Source: the human T2T-CHM13v2.0 reference genome, Homo sapiens
DNA length: 64,000 bases
Assembly (NCBI RefSeq): GCF_009914755.1
Contig: NC_060930.1
Reading direction: 5' to 3' (one strand)
The notes below the pieces were generated by a model. It ran no database searches and had not been told where the DNA came from. It saw nothing but the letters and a program-made list of their open reading frames with translations. Below, piece after piece: positions 27,534-39,719 of this stretch. Positions within the stretch are counted from its first letter, which is position 1. Each line of letters starts with the position of its first letter. Both the position numbers and the translations under genes were made by a program.

Positions 27534-29690
27534 CCAGGCCTTCCCTGTGTTGCCAGGATGCTGCTTTTTGTGCTTGGATATAGCAGCAATTGAAAAATCC
27601 AGCTCAGGTTGAGGAACTCTTAAAGACCCAGGAGCTCTCACTTGGCATTACCAGCTGCTGGCATGTGTAGTCTGAAGGAACCCCCTTCTTAGAATGCCCA
27701 GAGTCTCCACGTCTGTCTCCTGTCCCAACATGCCAGCACCGTGTCACGTAGCCTCTGCCTGCATCTGCACAGCATTGTTTCTGGTGTGGTCTCTTTTTAG
27801 GCAGGGAAATCATTGCTGTCGGCTGTCACCTAAGTGGCAATGTCATCTCACCTGCACTTTTAACAACTGCTGTGCCCACGTGTGTTTTTATTGATCGATT
27901 TTTAGTTGTCTTTCATTGTGTCCTGTGGTCTGGCTTCCACTCTTCACGCCATAGTGAAGCATTGCCCATGCTTACGAGTGGCCTCTCATTTCTCCCTGCG
28001 TCGCCTCTTCTGCATTCTCCTCCACCTCTGTAACACCTGCCCCTGCAGACACATCCTCACTGCTGTGGCCTGCTCTCCTTCCTTTGAGGAAACCAGTTAT
28101 TATTGCCTTCCTGCTTCTCTGCTGCCTCCTGGCTCTGCCTGCGCCCCTCCCCAGCACTTCCCAGCTGGCTTCAGCAGGCTCACTCTCTGTCTCAGTCTTC
28201 CCCTGGGAGCTCATACTGTCAGTTCAGCCATTTCTGGCACCAACCCCAAGTACCTCTCTCCAACCCTGACTTCCCTCCCCTGATCTAGATGTGCACTTTG
28301 GGCTATGCACATCTCCACCTGGATGCTCACCCTGGAGGAGCAAGCATCTCTCCCTCGCCTCCTCCCTCAGCAACTCCAGGCTGCCCTGTGGAAGCCCCTC
28401 TTCCGCTCCCCCAGGCTCACATGTTTAGAGTCATCCAGCATCCATTTCTCTAGACTCAGAAGGTTCCTGGCCATGTGGACTCTGGGTCCCAGTTGAATGG
28501 GTTGAAGAATGATGGACAGAGGGAGAGGTGAAGACAGCAAGTGCAGGCAGGTGAGGCCGTGATGGGACTGAGACTGGAGGAACAGATTAGAGAGGGTTCC
28601 TGAGGGGAGACGAGATTGTCAAACGTTTTTAAACAAAGATGGGAGAAGGATCTGGTAGGGTAGAGGATGGAGGTTAAAAGAAAAAGTCTTTCCTGAGTCC
28701 CTCAGAAGGACTCAGCAACACCTTTGCTGACTGGTAACATCCGACCCAGTGGTCTCCAGTTAGAACTACTCCAGGCTACAAGTCCTTTGGAAGCTTGTAG
28801 AGATTTGACAGCACTGGGATGACAGAGGTCAGGATTATGTGTCACTGTGTTGTTGGTCATATCGACAAGTCACTGAATAGTAGTGCGTATTGCAGTGTGA
28901 ACTGGAAAATGAATTACAGTGCATCCCTACCTTGGGCCTCGCCTGCCACGCAGCCTTAGGAAAGAACAGGAAGCTATGTTCTGATAGAGGAGCCATTCTA
29001 AGATATTGTGGAAGGAATAACCATGAGATGTAACAATGTGTATATCTTATATATGTACAAGCAAGACAACAATGTATAAGATACAGCATCTTATACTACA
29101 TCTAGTGTACTGCCATCTGTGCTTTTAAAAGCCAGGGTGGTGGAGAAGTCTGTATTGATGTTTTCTTGTATATCCATGGAGATACTCTGGAGGGGCCCCT
29201 GAGAACCCAGCCCCAGTGGCTAAGAGGGCAGGGGGATCCTGTGTAAACAGGATCAGGCTGTGGGGGGCTTTCACCTTAATATCTTTTATATTCTTAGGTT
29301 TTTGAACCATATGTATGTATTATAACCTCTTTAAATTTTTCAAAAATATAATTAAAAAAAAACCTCTAGCAATTAAAATATTATTTCCACCAGTTGAATG
29401 AAAGTCAGGTTGTTTTGCCAGGGAGGTTATTTGGCTCCTCTGAAATGTCCATTCATGAGTTTTCTGGTGGCTTTGGCTTATTCTCTTTCACTTTGGAGGA
29501 AATATTTCTGATTCATAATTCTTCATGCTCCGCCCTCAGAGAACTTCTGCCATTGCTAATGCTACTAGTAAAGTCTGATCTAGTTTTCTTACATTTCATT
29601 CCTTTTTTCCCCATCCACTCTACATTCATCACCACATTGGATCATATTTGGACAATTCATACAGACAGGAGGATAATTATTTGCATTCTT

Positions 29691-29822
29691 AACCAGGCAC
29701 AGTGGTTCATGCCTGTACATCTCAGCTGCTTGAGAGGCCAAGGTAGGAGGATCACTTGAGGCCAGGAGTTTGAGACCAGCCTGAGCAACATAGCAAGACC
29801 CCATCTCAAGACCCTGGCAAAA
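29691..29822 (+). mobile_element. FLAM / Alu left monomer
   Basis: Single Alu monomer. Confidence 0.8.
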
Positions 29823-30526
29823 CACAGTTGCTGCTGTTGAGCTGTGACATACGAGGGAACGTTGGCAGGATGCTTTATGTGGTGGGGGAGAGGAGAGCTA
29901 TCTTCAGCTGCTTAACAGGGCTGTTTGAAAAAGGAGTGGAACTGGAACAAGTAGATGGACTTTCTGATAGTCCCTCCCAGGGCAGCTAGAAACAACTCCT
30001 GAGTGTCCCACAGGGGTGGTGGTCTGAAGTGGTGGCTGCCACACAGCTCTATGACCCGCAGAGAAGGCTGGCTGCATCCACGTGTCTATCCAGTTTATCT
30101 TGCATTTGGAAAAAGAAGTTTCGACTAGATGGCCTTGACTCTAATAATAATATGTTTTCTTGATTATTTTCCTTTTTTCTTTCGGCTTCTCAAACCTGGA
30201 ATAGATACTCTCCATGAGACCCATTCTGTCTTGATTCTGTCCTTTAAAAAAATCTCTAACTATGTAGCTTCCTTTCAATAAGTACCTCTCCATCTGTATT
30301 TTTTAGGCAAGGTGAAACAAAAGAGTGACTTTCTTGTCAGAGCTTGAAAGAGAGCAAGTGGCTTTAAAAGTAGACTTTGGCTTTCTAAAGGTTCTAAGTT
30401 TTAATATTCTTATATTCGTTTAATCCTAAGTGTGTAATGAACATCTTTATCCAATTCAAAGATGACACCTGGGAGTGAACTGGTGGTGGGACATCACAGA
30501 CTACTGTGATTTCAAACTCTCGGCAG

Positions 30527-30783
30527 GTACATCTCCGTTCATGGATGCATTAACAGCCAATGGGACAACCAACATACAGACATCTGTTACAGGAGTGACT
30601 GCCAGCAAAAGGAAATTTATTGACGACAGAAGAGACCAGCCTTTTGACAAGCGATTGCGTTTCAGCGTGAGGCAAACAGAAAGTGCCTACAGATACAGAG
30701 ATATTGTGGTCAGGAAGCAGGATGGCTTCACCCACATCTTGTTATCCACAAAGTCCTCAGAGAATAACTCACTAAATCCAGAG
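30527..30783 (+). CDS. CDYL: CDYL coding exon (257 bp; hinge and start of crotonase-like domain)
   Basis: cggcAG|GTACAT acceptor and GAG|GTGAGA donor; encodes (G)TSPFMDALTANGTTNIQ...DIVVRKQDGFTHILLSTKSSENNSLNPE, recognised as CDYL; starts in phase 1, ends in phase 0. Confidence 0.96.
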
Positions 30784-32086
30784 GTGAGAGGCGCTCTTGG
30801 GCTGGCGTGGGCTTCGCGCTTCTCCCTGCCTGATTTCCAGGCCTGCCTGGCGGAACTGGCTCTTCCTGTGCTCTTTCTAAACCTCCTTTTGGGCCATCTC
30901 CCGATGCCCACCAGAAGGGAGGGAGCAGAGGGGAAGTTGCGGGCTTTGCTCCATGTCCCACCTCCAATGGCCGTGAATTCAGGATGCTTGGCCTGTGCTG
31001 AGTGTCCATCCCCATTCTCCCGGGTGTGGGTCCACCCAGGCCTCTGTGCCTCTGTGGTTCACCTCCTGCCTGGAAGCTCTTCATCTGGCAGGCACGGGGC
31101 TCCATGAAGGCACGTGGGAAATGTGTGTGCACGCGCTTTGCTTTAGCTTTCATCAGATCCTTAAAGGGTTCTTTGTTCAGACAGAATTTAAGTGCCCCCG
31201 GGGATCCCAGTCCCTTCAGAATATTTATCATCTTTCCAGTCCCCAGATACTCCTCAGCGGTTGTAGCAGAACACACAGCAACAGGGATTTCCACACATGC
31301 TCATTGCTGATAGTGCCTAGTAAGTAAGTTTTCCAGAACTGGTTGTTGGAAAGGTTAGAACATGAATTTTGTGAAGTTTCTAGAATCGGGAGTATTTGAA
31401 CCTAACCTATATCTTTCCAAAATTTTAAGTCCTAGTAGTTTGTGAGTAGCTAGGTTGAGTTTTGTCCAGACAAGAAAACTTAACTACAGAAAGTCTGTGT
31501 GTTCGCCCGGGGTCACATAACAAACCAGTTCAAAGTTGGTCCTTGGTACATTTTTAGACTGCAGAGTCCCTTCATTGATTATTTTTAAATGCTTCACAGA
31601 GATCATTTAAAATGATTTTATGCCCTAAAATTACCAGTCCATGCTAATGTGCTTGGACTTAACGCACTTACGCACCAAACTATTTTCTGTCCCAAGTGTA
31701 ATAGGGTAGTTTTTAAAACAAAACAAAACAAAAAACAGTAGAACTGAATGAGTTTCTTTCAACTGGTTTGAATGTGCCACCTGCTGTCCAAACTGGAGAA
31801 ATGCCCAGTGATATAATAAGCAACTTGCCTTATCTAAGAGCCGCAATTTGCCTTATCTAAGAGCCGCAATGGCTGTATAAATACTAAGATAACGTAGATT
31901 CCCATGTCTTTTTAATTATACTCGAGTTATGTAGTTATATTTTACTCCATCCCCAGCATCTCAATCTCTGGTTACAGAAAATGAGACATTTGCAAATTAA
32001 TTAAAATCATGGTAGATATCAGTAACTGTATCAGGCTATGATGCATTTTTCACAGATGCAGATTCTCCAGTAATAAAATGCTTTTA

Positions 32087-32517
32087 GGCAGGGTGCGGTG
32101 GCTAATGCATGTAATCCCAGCACTTTGGGAGGCCAAGGCAGGAGGATCACTTGAGCCCAGGAGTTCAAGACCATCCTAGACAACATAGCAAAACTCCATC
32201 TCTACAAAAAAAGTTGAAAAATGAGCCAGGCATGATGGCACAAGCCTATAGTCCCAGCTACTTGGGAGGCTGAGGCGGGAGGATTGTTTGAGCCCAGGAG
32301 TTCAAGACCACCCTAGACAACATAGCAAAACTCCATCTCTTACAAAAAGGTTGAAAAATGAGCCAGGCATGATAGCACAAGCCTGTAGTCCCAGCTACTT
32401 AGGAGGCGGAGGCGGGAGGATTGTTTGAGCCCAGGAGTTCGAGAGCACAGTGAGCCTTGATTAAACCACTGCACGCCAACCTGAGCAACAGAGTGAGACT
32501 CTCTCCAAAAAAAAAAA
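32087..32517 (+). mobile_element. AluJ with 137-bp internal tandem duplication
   Basis: Three ttgagcccaggagttc anchors at 32151, 32288, 32425; TSD approximately aaaatgcttt. Confidence 0.9.
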
Positions 32518-32576
32518 TGCTTTAAGATTTTAAACCCAAAATATTCTTTGCCACTTTAACTTCTGGTGACTTTCAG

Positions 32577-32749
32577 GTAATGAGAGAAGTCCAGAGTGCT
32601 CTGAGCACGGCCGCTGCCGATGACAGCAAGCTGGTACTGCTCAGCGCCGTTGGCAGCGTCTTCTGTTGTGGACTTGACTTTATTTATTTTATACGACGTC
32701 TGACAGATGACAGGAAAAGAGAAAGCACTAAAATGGCAGAAGCTATCAG
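32577..32749 (+). CDS. CDYL: CDYL coding exon (173 bp)
   Basis: tttcAG|GTAATG acceptor, CAG|GTATGT donor; VMREVQSALSTAAADDSKLVLLSAVGSVFCCGLDF...MAEAI(R); crotonase FCxGxD motif. Confidence 0.97.
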
Positions 32750-33444
32750 GTATGTAAAAATGATGTTTTTTAAACATTGGTTGGGTGTTTTGTTTTTGGT
32801 AAACCAATCCTGATAGAATGGGCCTGACCAAGCCTTGAGAATAAGATACACATCTTCTCCCATGGAGAGACACGAGCAGCAAAATTAATTAAATCATCTG
32901 TCTCTTCTATGGGCCTGCCATAAATTACTACTTGCCTTGGGCAAAATCTTTTCTATGGGCCTGCCATGAATTACTACTTGCCTTGGGCAGATAACTGATT
33001 TCAAGGTTGGTTTAAACCCTGCAAGTGTTCGGAGAATGTTCTGATGATTAGAGTAGATGATCATGGGTAGCCAGAGTTCCTATTATTTGTGCCGTGAGTA
33101 TGTTCTGTCCTCAACCCCTAGATAAAGATCTCTTCCAAATAGTAAGTTACCATTTGCTCGACTCTGAAGTAAATTGTCTAGGCTTTATGATGAGATAGCT
33201 CCGTAACACCACATGGAGAGTTTTGTTTTTTGGTTTTTTTTGTTGTTTTTTTTTTTGTTTCTTTAAATACAAGTAGTGCACATTCTTGTTCAGTTTCATC
33301 CTAAGTTCCAACTGGACAGAGAACCAGATAGTAGGAAATAAAAAGCGGAAGTCCTCCTTGTCCCTCACTCCCCTCAAGGTATCCAACATTCATTGGTGTG
33401 TCTTCCCCAACCTTTTTCTGAACATTTTGTTATAATTTTCAGTT

Positions 33445-33690
33445 TAATTTTTTAGACTTACTTTTAAACTCAGAAGTAAAAATTGTATATACTTATAGTG
33501 TACAACATGGTGTATTGAAACACGAATACATTGTGGAATGGTTAAATCAAGCTAATTAGCATATGCATTACCTCACATACTTACTATTTTGTGTGTGTGG
33601 TGAGAACACTTAAAATCTACTCTCAGCAATTTTCAAGTATAAAAATACATTAACTGTGGTCACCATGATGTACAATAGATGTCTTGATCT
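33445..33690 (-). mobile_element. L1MA 3'-end fragment
   Basis: gtggtgagaacacttaaaatctactct...ttaactgtggtcaccatg. Confidence 0.75.
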
Positions 33691-36600
33691 AAGCATTTTC
33701 AAATTTTTATTTCATATATACACACAAATAGTATCAATTTAGTTCTGTTGTTGCTTTGCAACTTGCTTTTTTCATGTGACAATATGACTTTGAGATATTT
33801 CTATTTCCTTGGTTGTTGGATTTTCCTCTGCTATATGATAACATATATCAGCAAAACTTTCTCTAAAACCACTTAATTCGTCTAAAATCATATCCCCTCA
33901 TTTATCATGCTAATCACTCCATGTATAATTAGAAGTGTCTGATTTTTCGGAGATGAATTTTATTTAAAATGGATGAAACCTAGTCATCAACATGAAAGTT
34001 GGCTATGCTTCTCTACTCACCTCCCTAAAATGACATATCCCCAGGTGGCCCCCATAAACCCTTTGTGCTTGCCTTTTTAACTTACAGAGGATGAAAAATG
34101 AAAGAAAACGTAGACTGGCAAAATGGCAGTAAAGTAAGTTGGATCTTTTCCAAAATCCCAGATTTCTGGAGGGCTGAAGTTGAACTACTTTTGATAGTTA
34201 CTAGGCTCCAGCTGAGCACTGCCCTTGGTGCACTGGGCTTTCTAGCACCTAAACCCTTCTAGAGCTTGCACAGCAGGATTGGTGTGGTGGGTAGGGGGGC
34301 TCTTTTTTCTGTTTTGTTGAGTCTGGGGTAGGCAGGGACGTCTTTCTTTGACTGACACCCAAGATGGCTCTGATGGGCACCAAACAGCCCATCACAGGAG
34401 TCCTGGAACCCACACCTCTGGGTTGAAGGGGATTGCCTTAGCCTCTCATGACATATTTAATCATTTTCAGAATTACTATATTTTCTCATATGATGTACAC
34501 ATGTATTTAGGAGGTTATCCCTTAATCTTTTGAATGTTACCTTTTACAGGCTATCACATTATGTGTGGTTTTTTTCAGAAGTGGTTTGAAATTTTATAGT
34601 CTGATCTTATTAAGTATTGTTTCTAATCTCCTAGGGGATTTCATCCCTGTGGTACACTAGGTGGGACCATCTTGTTCTTCAGTTTAAGATTAAACTGCTT
34701 GATCAGTGTCATAAATCCTTGGCTGACTCTCAGCGCCTCTAAGACAGCTTCATTATTATCCATTCAGGGTGAATTCCATGAACTTAACTTTTATTTTTAA
34801 AATACAAACCACCATGCCTCCTATGGTCACTTTGCATGTTCTCCATAATATCACGCTGAATGTACACATAATATTGTGCTTTTTGGTAGCTCTGCGGTCA
34901 TAAGAAAATCGGATGTGTCAGCCAGTGCCTTCTGGGTCCTGGCTCCGTTTTCCCGTGTAGGCTTTTCCCTGGCTCCACTTGTGAGCCCGCTGGTGCCTCG
35001 CCGGGTGCAGCTCACTCCTCCCTCCAGCGTTGAATTCCCTTGGACAGAGGCTGTGGGCTTGTGGCACTGGGATCAGTAAAAGCAGAGGAAAGCTAGATCC
35101 AGCCAGGTTTAAGTGGAGATCTCCTTTGTTGAACTTGATGTCACTTTAAAAGTTCACTTTCATCAGCTCCCTGCTCCGTCCACTCTCCCTACTCCACACA
35201 AAAAGCTGGATTGATATTCTTGTGAAGAGCCAAGTCCTGCTTTAGGAAAACCAACTTGTTTCTTCTTTATGTGACTATATTTTTGTCAATGTGAATTTTC
35301 CTTAATGTAGTCTGGCAAGATCAGAAAAATAATTAGTTACACCAGAGTCACTTAACCTTTCCTTTTCTTATTTGCATTTAAATTAATTTTTATGTGGATA
35401 AAAGCTCTTCCTGTGTATATTTTTCATTTCTCTGGTGTCTTGTCTCATGTTCCTTAAAACTTGGAGGCAAAGGACTTCATCGTAGCAAGTTTCCAAAGGA
35501 AAAGCGGGAAGCAAACAGGAAGATGAGGTTTCATATTAGGTCACCAGGTATCTAGAGCAGCTGACTTTGTGACGAGGATTCGTGGTTTGCAGTTTGCAGG
35601 GTAATTGCAACAAAAATATTCTGCACCTTTGTGGTTAGAACAAAATTCTTTCAAGTTCATGGACAGCATTAGGCTTTTGAAGTCTGCCAGAACCAGTAGC
35701 TGCCACTGGGTTTTAAGGACCAGGAGACTTCTCTCCCCAAAAGTGAGGTTTCTTCTTCCTCCCACAGAGGGAGACCGGGGGCCCTGCCCAAGCAGTGCCC
35801 CAGGGGCAAGAGGATTTGGGAGAGAACAAAGTGAGCCAGTAAACATGCCCCATGACCCTGACCTGTACCCCATTAGTCCTTCAAACGAAGGTGCCATTCA
35901 AATGAGAGAGACCTCAGCCATGGAAAGCAGCACACTGGCTGCCCAACTTCAGGTCCCTGCTGCCTCCTTCTCCCCAAACGTTCCTTTGACAGTCCCTACA
36001 TCTTATGTGATTTTCCAGCTGTTTGATATTTCCAGATTAGTAAATGTCCTTTAAAGGAAGAGTTTTGTTTAATTATAAAGTCTTTTTAGACTAATTATGT
36101 GGCAAATATCAGCCTCCTTCCCTGCCATACCCAACAACAGCCTTGAATTCAATTCCAAAGAAACAAATTTAACTTCAGTACGTTGCATGGCAAACATTTG
36201 AGTGTTCATACATTTTGATTTCAAGTTTAAAACACACTTGGCTGAAGCCCACAGAAGCAGGGGCTACTTGGGAGAGGACCGTCCCAGGCTTGAAGGCAGC
36301 CCCTGCCTCGCCTCTGGTTCCTTGTGCCTTGATTTGCAGCTCCCTTGGTTAAGCCTTTATGGTCCTGGGAAGTTTCTACTAGGCAGAGAAAGCATTTCTG
36401 TAAAGGTTTTCTTTTTTAAAACAAAACGAGTCTCTGTGTGCACCACATCCATTTCTGGCATCTCAGGGCTCACTATTCAGAATGGCCAGTTCCCATTCCC
36501 TGAAAAGGGAAGGGGCTCTTTGCTCCAGAGCATGCTGGTTCATTCATACCCCGTCCAGAAAGAGCCACCAGCTTCAGGTGAAGTCACCATTCCAGGCAAA

Positions 36601-37397
36601 AGTAAAAATAAAATTTCAGTTCCAAAAAACGCCTTCAGCCTATCAAAATCTAAGTTTCGACTTACCAATATCTATTAATATTTTAGAAGCAGATTTTTTT
36701 ATACAAATATATGGGCATGGAGGCAAGGATATATGAAATAATTCCTTTTACTGTTTTTCTGTAGAATTACCTTCTTATTACCTTGACTTTGATCATCGCT
36801 TTTATGTTAATTTATTGCCCCATCCGTGGTTTCCAGATGTCAGCCTGGGCAACGGCTATAACAGTTTGCCTTCTGTTCCATAAGGCAGATGAAATTGGAG
36901 CTACTCAGATTTTGGAAACAGCTGTTCCTTATCATTGAGAGACAGTTCAGCAGTTTTACCTTTTCATGAGTCATCAGTTACTGGGCCTAGGAAATGTATT
37001 TCCATCTTGTGTCATTGACCCCATATCTTCAAAAGATGACACAACTGAAATAGCTTCATGTAGTTCTTCTAGGCTTATTTCAAGAGTCTGCTTAAAAGGT
37101 TGTCTGACACTCTGATCATTAAACCCCAGTGTGATCTTTCTAAGAATGCCTCAGGCTCTCTCATTTAGAAAGACTTAGTGCAACTCATTCATTTGAATGA
37201 GTTAATTCTTGCTCAATGCAAAGATCCCACAAACCTTGGGGGCTAGGCTGAGGTCCAGCCGCTAAACTCTGCAATTCCTCACTCTCCTGTTCATACACAC
37301 ACAGACACAACCCTCCTCACCTCCCTGACCTGCCCCTGCCAAAAAATATGAGTCATCCGTCAGTGTCTCGGGGAGTTGAGTGGGGAGCTATCTCAGA

Positions 37398-37408
37398 TGC
37401 TGAGTCAT
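37398..37408. promoter_or_regulatory. Perfect ARE/MARE-type motif TGCTGAGTCAT within an AP-1 cluster
   Basis: Exact match to the NFE2L2/BACH-sMAF consensus; more TGAGTCA at 36967 and 37349. Confidence 0.45.
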
Positions 37409-38556
37409 GATTTTCAGAGAAGATCTGAACAGATTGCTGTGGTTTTAAATTGCTGAATTGTAGAGAGCATCTAGATTGTTATTTTCAGTATTAAAGATGG
37501 GGGTCAGGTTTAGAATCCAGCAAGTGAAAAGCTGTCCTTACTCTGCACTTCTGATCTAGAACTCAGCCTGCACTGAAGGGACTATCTTGTGTTTCTTCTT
37601 TTCTCCACTGTGTGAAATCATAACAAGAAACAACCTCTGAGCATAAGATCAGCTTCTAGTATTTAGGGGAAGAAAATGCACATTCCTAAAGTGGTATGAC
37701 ACCAAGCTACCCTACATTGAAAAGCAGCCTACTTTTCCAGCCTGATCTAAAGCAAATCCCAAAATAGCATGGGCTTGATTTATTAAACCTCTGTCCTGTG
37801 CAGAGGCTGCCCCACGCCTGACCCCACTGTCCTCCGAACTCCTGCTGCAGCCGTACCCTCCAGCCCTCAGTGGAGCAGGATGTGGGTACAGGCCTGAGCC
37901 CTGTGCTGTTTGCTCTTCTTGTTTGCGGGTCGCATGTCTTGAGCCAGCCTGTGACACTCTTGTCTCTGTATCCCCCAGACTGTTCAGTCCACTTCCACAT
38001 AAACTCAGGAAATAGCAATTATTGCCAGATAATCAGTGAGCTGTCTGAAATCATGAACCAAGGCCAGACCCAGATCCCAGGGTTTTTGTGAACCCTAATC
38101 CACCACCGTACACTTAACACCAGGCAGTCTTAGTATGCCCTGGGCCAGATTTCCTCTGTGACAGCTTCTTGATTTGTCTTGTGAAGCCCAGAATATGTAC
38201 TGGGCTCCTGTGTCTTCGAGGGAAGACAGGTTGGGGAGCAAGATGTGTTGTTTATAGAGCCCGAGAGCCACCTGCAAATTCCAGTGCAGCTCATGGCTGC
38301 ATGTTACCCTGTGGCCTTCACGTAGGGCCTGTAGTGACAGCCACTACATGCGTGGGCTCCAGGCTGTCACCAAACCTTTACAACACGTAGTAAATAAGTC
38401 TAGGGTCCACAACTGCTGGGGAAGGCCTTAAACAAATCTCAAGTCTTCAGGATTTCCGTAGCATTTACATCTTGGTAAATTGAATTCCATAATAGACTTT
38501 TCCTTTGCTCAAATATGCAATGTTTTGAGTAATTCCCCATTTATTTTTCATTTTAG

Positions 38557-38767
38557 AAACTTCGTGAATACTTTCATTCAATTTAAGAAGCCCATTATTG
38601 TAGCAGTCAATGGCCCAGCCATTGGTCTAGGAGCATCTATATTGCCTCTTTGCGATGTGGTTTGGGCTAATGAAAAGGCTTGGTTTCAAACACCCTATAC
38701 CACCTTCGGACAGAGTCCAGATGGCTGTTCTACCGTTATGTTTCCCAAGATAATGGGAGGAGCATCT
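38557..38767 (+). CDS. CDYL: CDYL coding exon (211 bp)
   Basis: ttttAG|AAAC acceptor (completes AG+A = Arg), TCT|GTGAGT donor; NFVNTFIQFKKPIIVAVNGPAIGLGASILPLCD...GQSPDGCSTVMFPKIMGGAS; enoyl-CoA hydratase/isomerase signature. Confidence 0.97.
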
Positions 38768-39279
38768 GTGAGTACCTTTTTAAAAAAAAAAAAAAAAAAA
38801 AGTCATTCTAGAAAGCTTCCTGAAGAAATCTAGTTTGGTTATTGTTTTTCTAAAGCTGTACAGTGTGTCATTCTGTGGGGACTTTCCATCTTGTAATTCA
38901 GATTTGGGTTCATAGACGTTGTTGACCTTTGTTGCATCATTCCCTAGAGAAGGACTTCATTCACTGAGGAGCCTACCACTTTGCATAATTCACATGGATA
39001 TCTACTGTTAGTAAATACCCAATCAGTAACCCAACCAACAATTTGCAATTGAAAAGTTCTTCACCTAATAACTTAAAAGCTGCACTTTTAAGAGAAGGCA
39101 ATTTTAAGAGGGAGCAAAGTTACATAGGATTAGAGGGTTGTCGTCCATATAATTGTGTGTTTTTATTTCTTTAACTGTTTAATCCGTTCATTATAGTAGT
39201 TTGTGTTTGTATTGTAGCTTGTGATTTATCAAGCAGTTATTCACATCTCATTCTCTAGTCCTTGAAATAGGGCAGGAGG

Positions 39280-39600
39280 TGGTGTCACAGGTCAGGTTCT
39301 CCAGAAGCAGACACTGAGATGAGTTTGGCACGTGGAGAATTAGCAGGTAGTCAGTACCTGTGGAAGGGATGGGAAGGAAGCAGGACCGCACAGAGGAAGA
39401 GGTCAAAGTGATACTATGCCCATCATCCTTAGGGGTGGGATGTGCGGGAAGCGTTGCACCCTGGACGAGGTGGCTCCCTACAGCTGAGGGCATCCCTAAA
39501 GGCGCCCTGTGGCCGTCTGCTAACAGCAGCACCCGCAGCCAGGCAGCCAGGCCTCCCCAGGAGCGATCATGGCAGCACAGTTCCATGTCCACCACAGTTC
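39280..39600. mobile_element. Old ERVL-type LTR (LTR33/41-like)
   Basis: ggttctccagaagcagacactgagatgagtttgg motif; family uncertain. Confidence 0.4.
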
Positions 39601-39719
39601 ACCCCAGGGCCATTCAGATCATTGATGCACCTTTTGGGGGCCAGCTCCTTCAGGTTCCAAGGGGCTTTCTTTCTGGGAGAAACTTAGAGGAAGAAGATTA
39701 GGCAGCAATAACTTGCAGG

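Noticed and set aside
29074-29096. 9-bp hairpin gtataagat/atcttatac
   Set aside because: Short, AT-rich and expected by chance; no associated junction
30475-31107. 210-aa ORF as a standalone gene
   Set aside because: It is the CDYL exon 30527-30783 plus in-frame intron read-through; GTG start and no protein-like tail
30728-31294. 188-aa minus-strand ORF
   Set aside because: No recognisable domain; expected by chance in GC-rich intron sequence
31825-32992. Short direct repeats as a CRISPR-like array
   Set aside because: Only two abutting copies each, no spacers, eukaryotic intron
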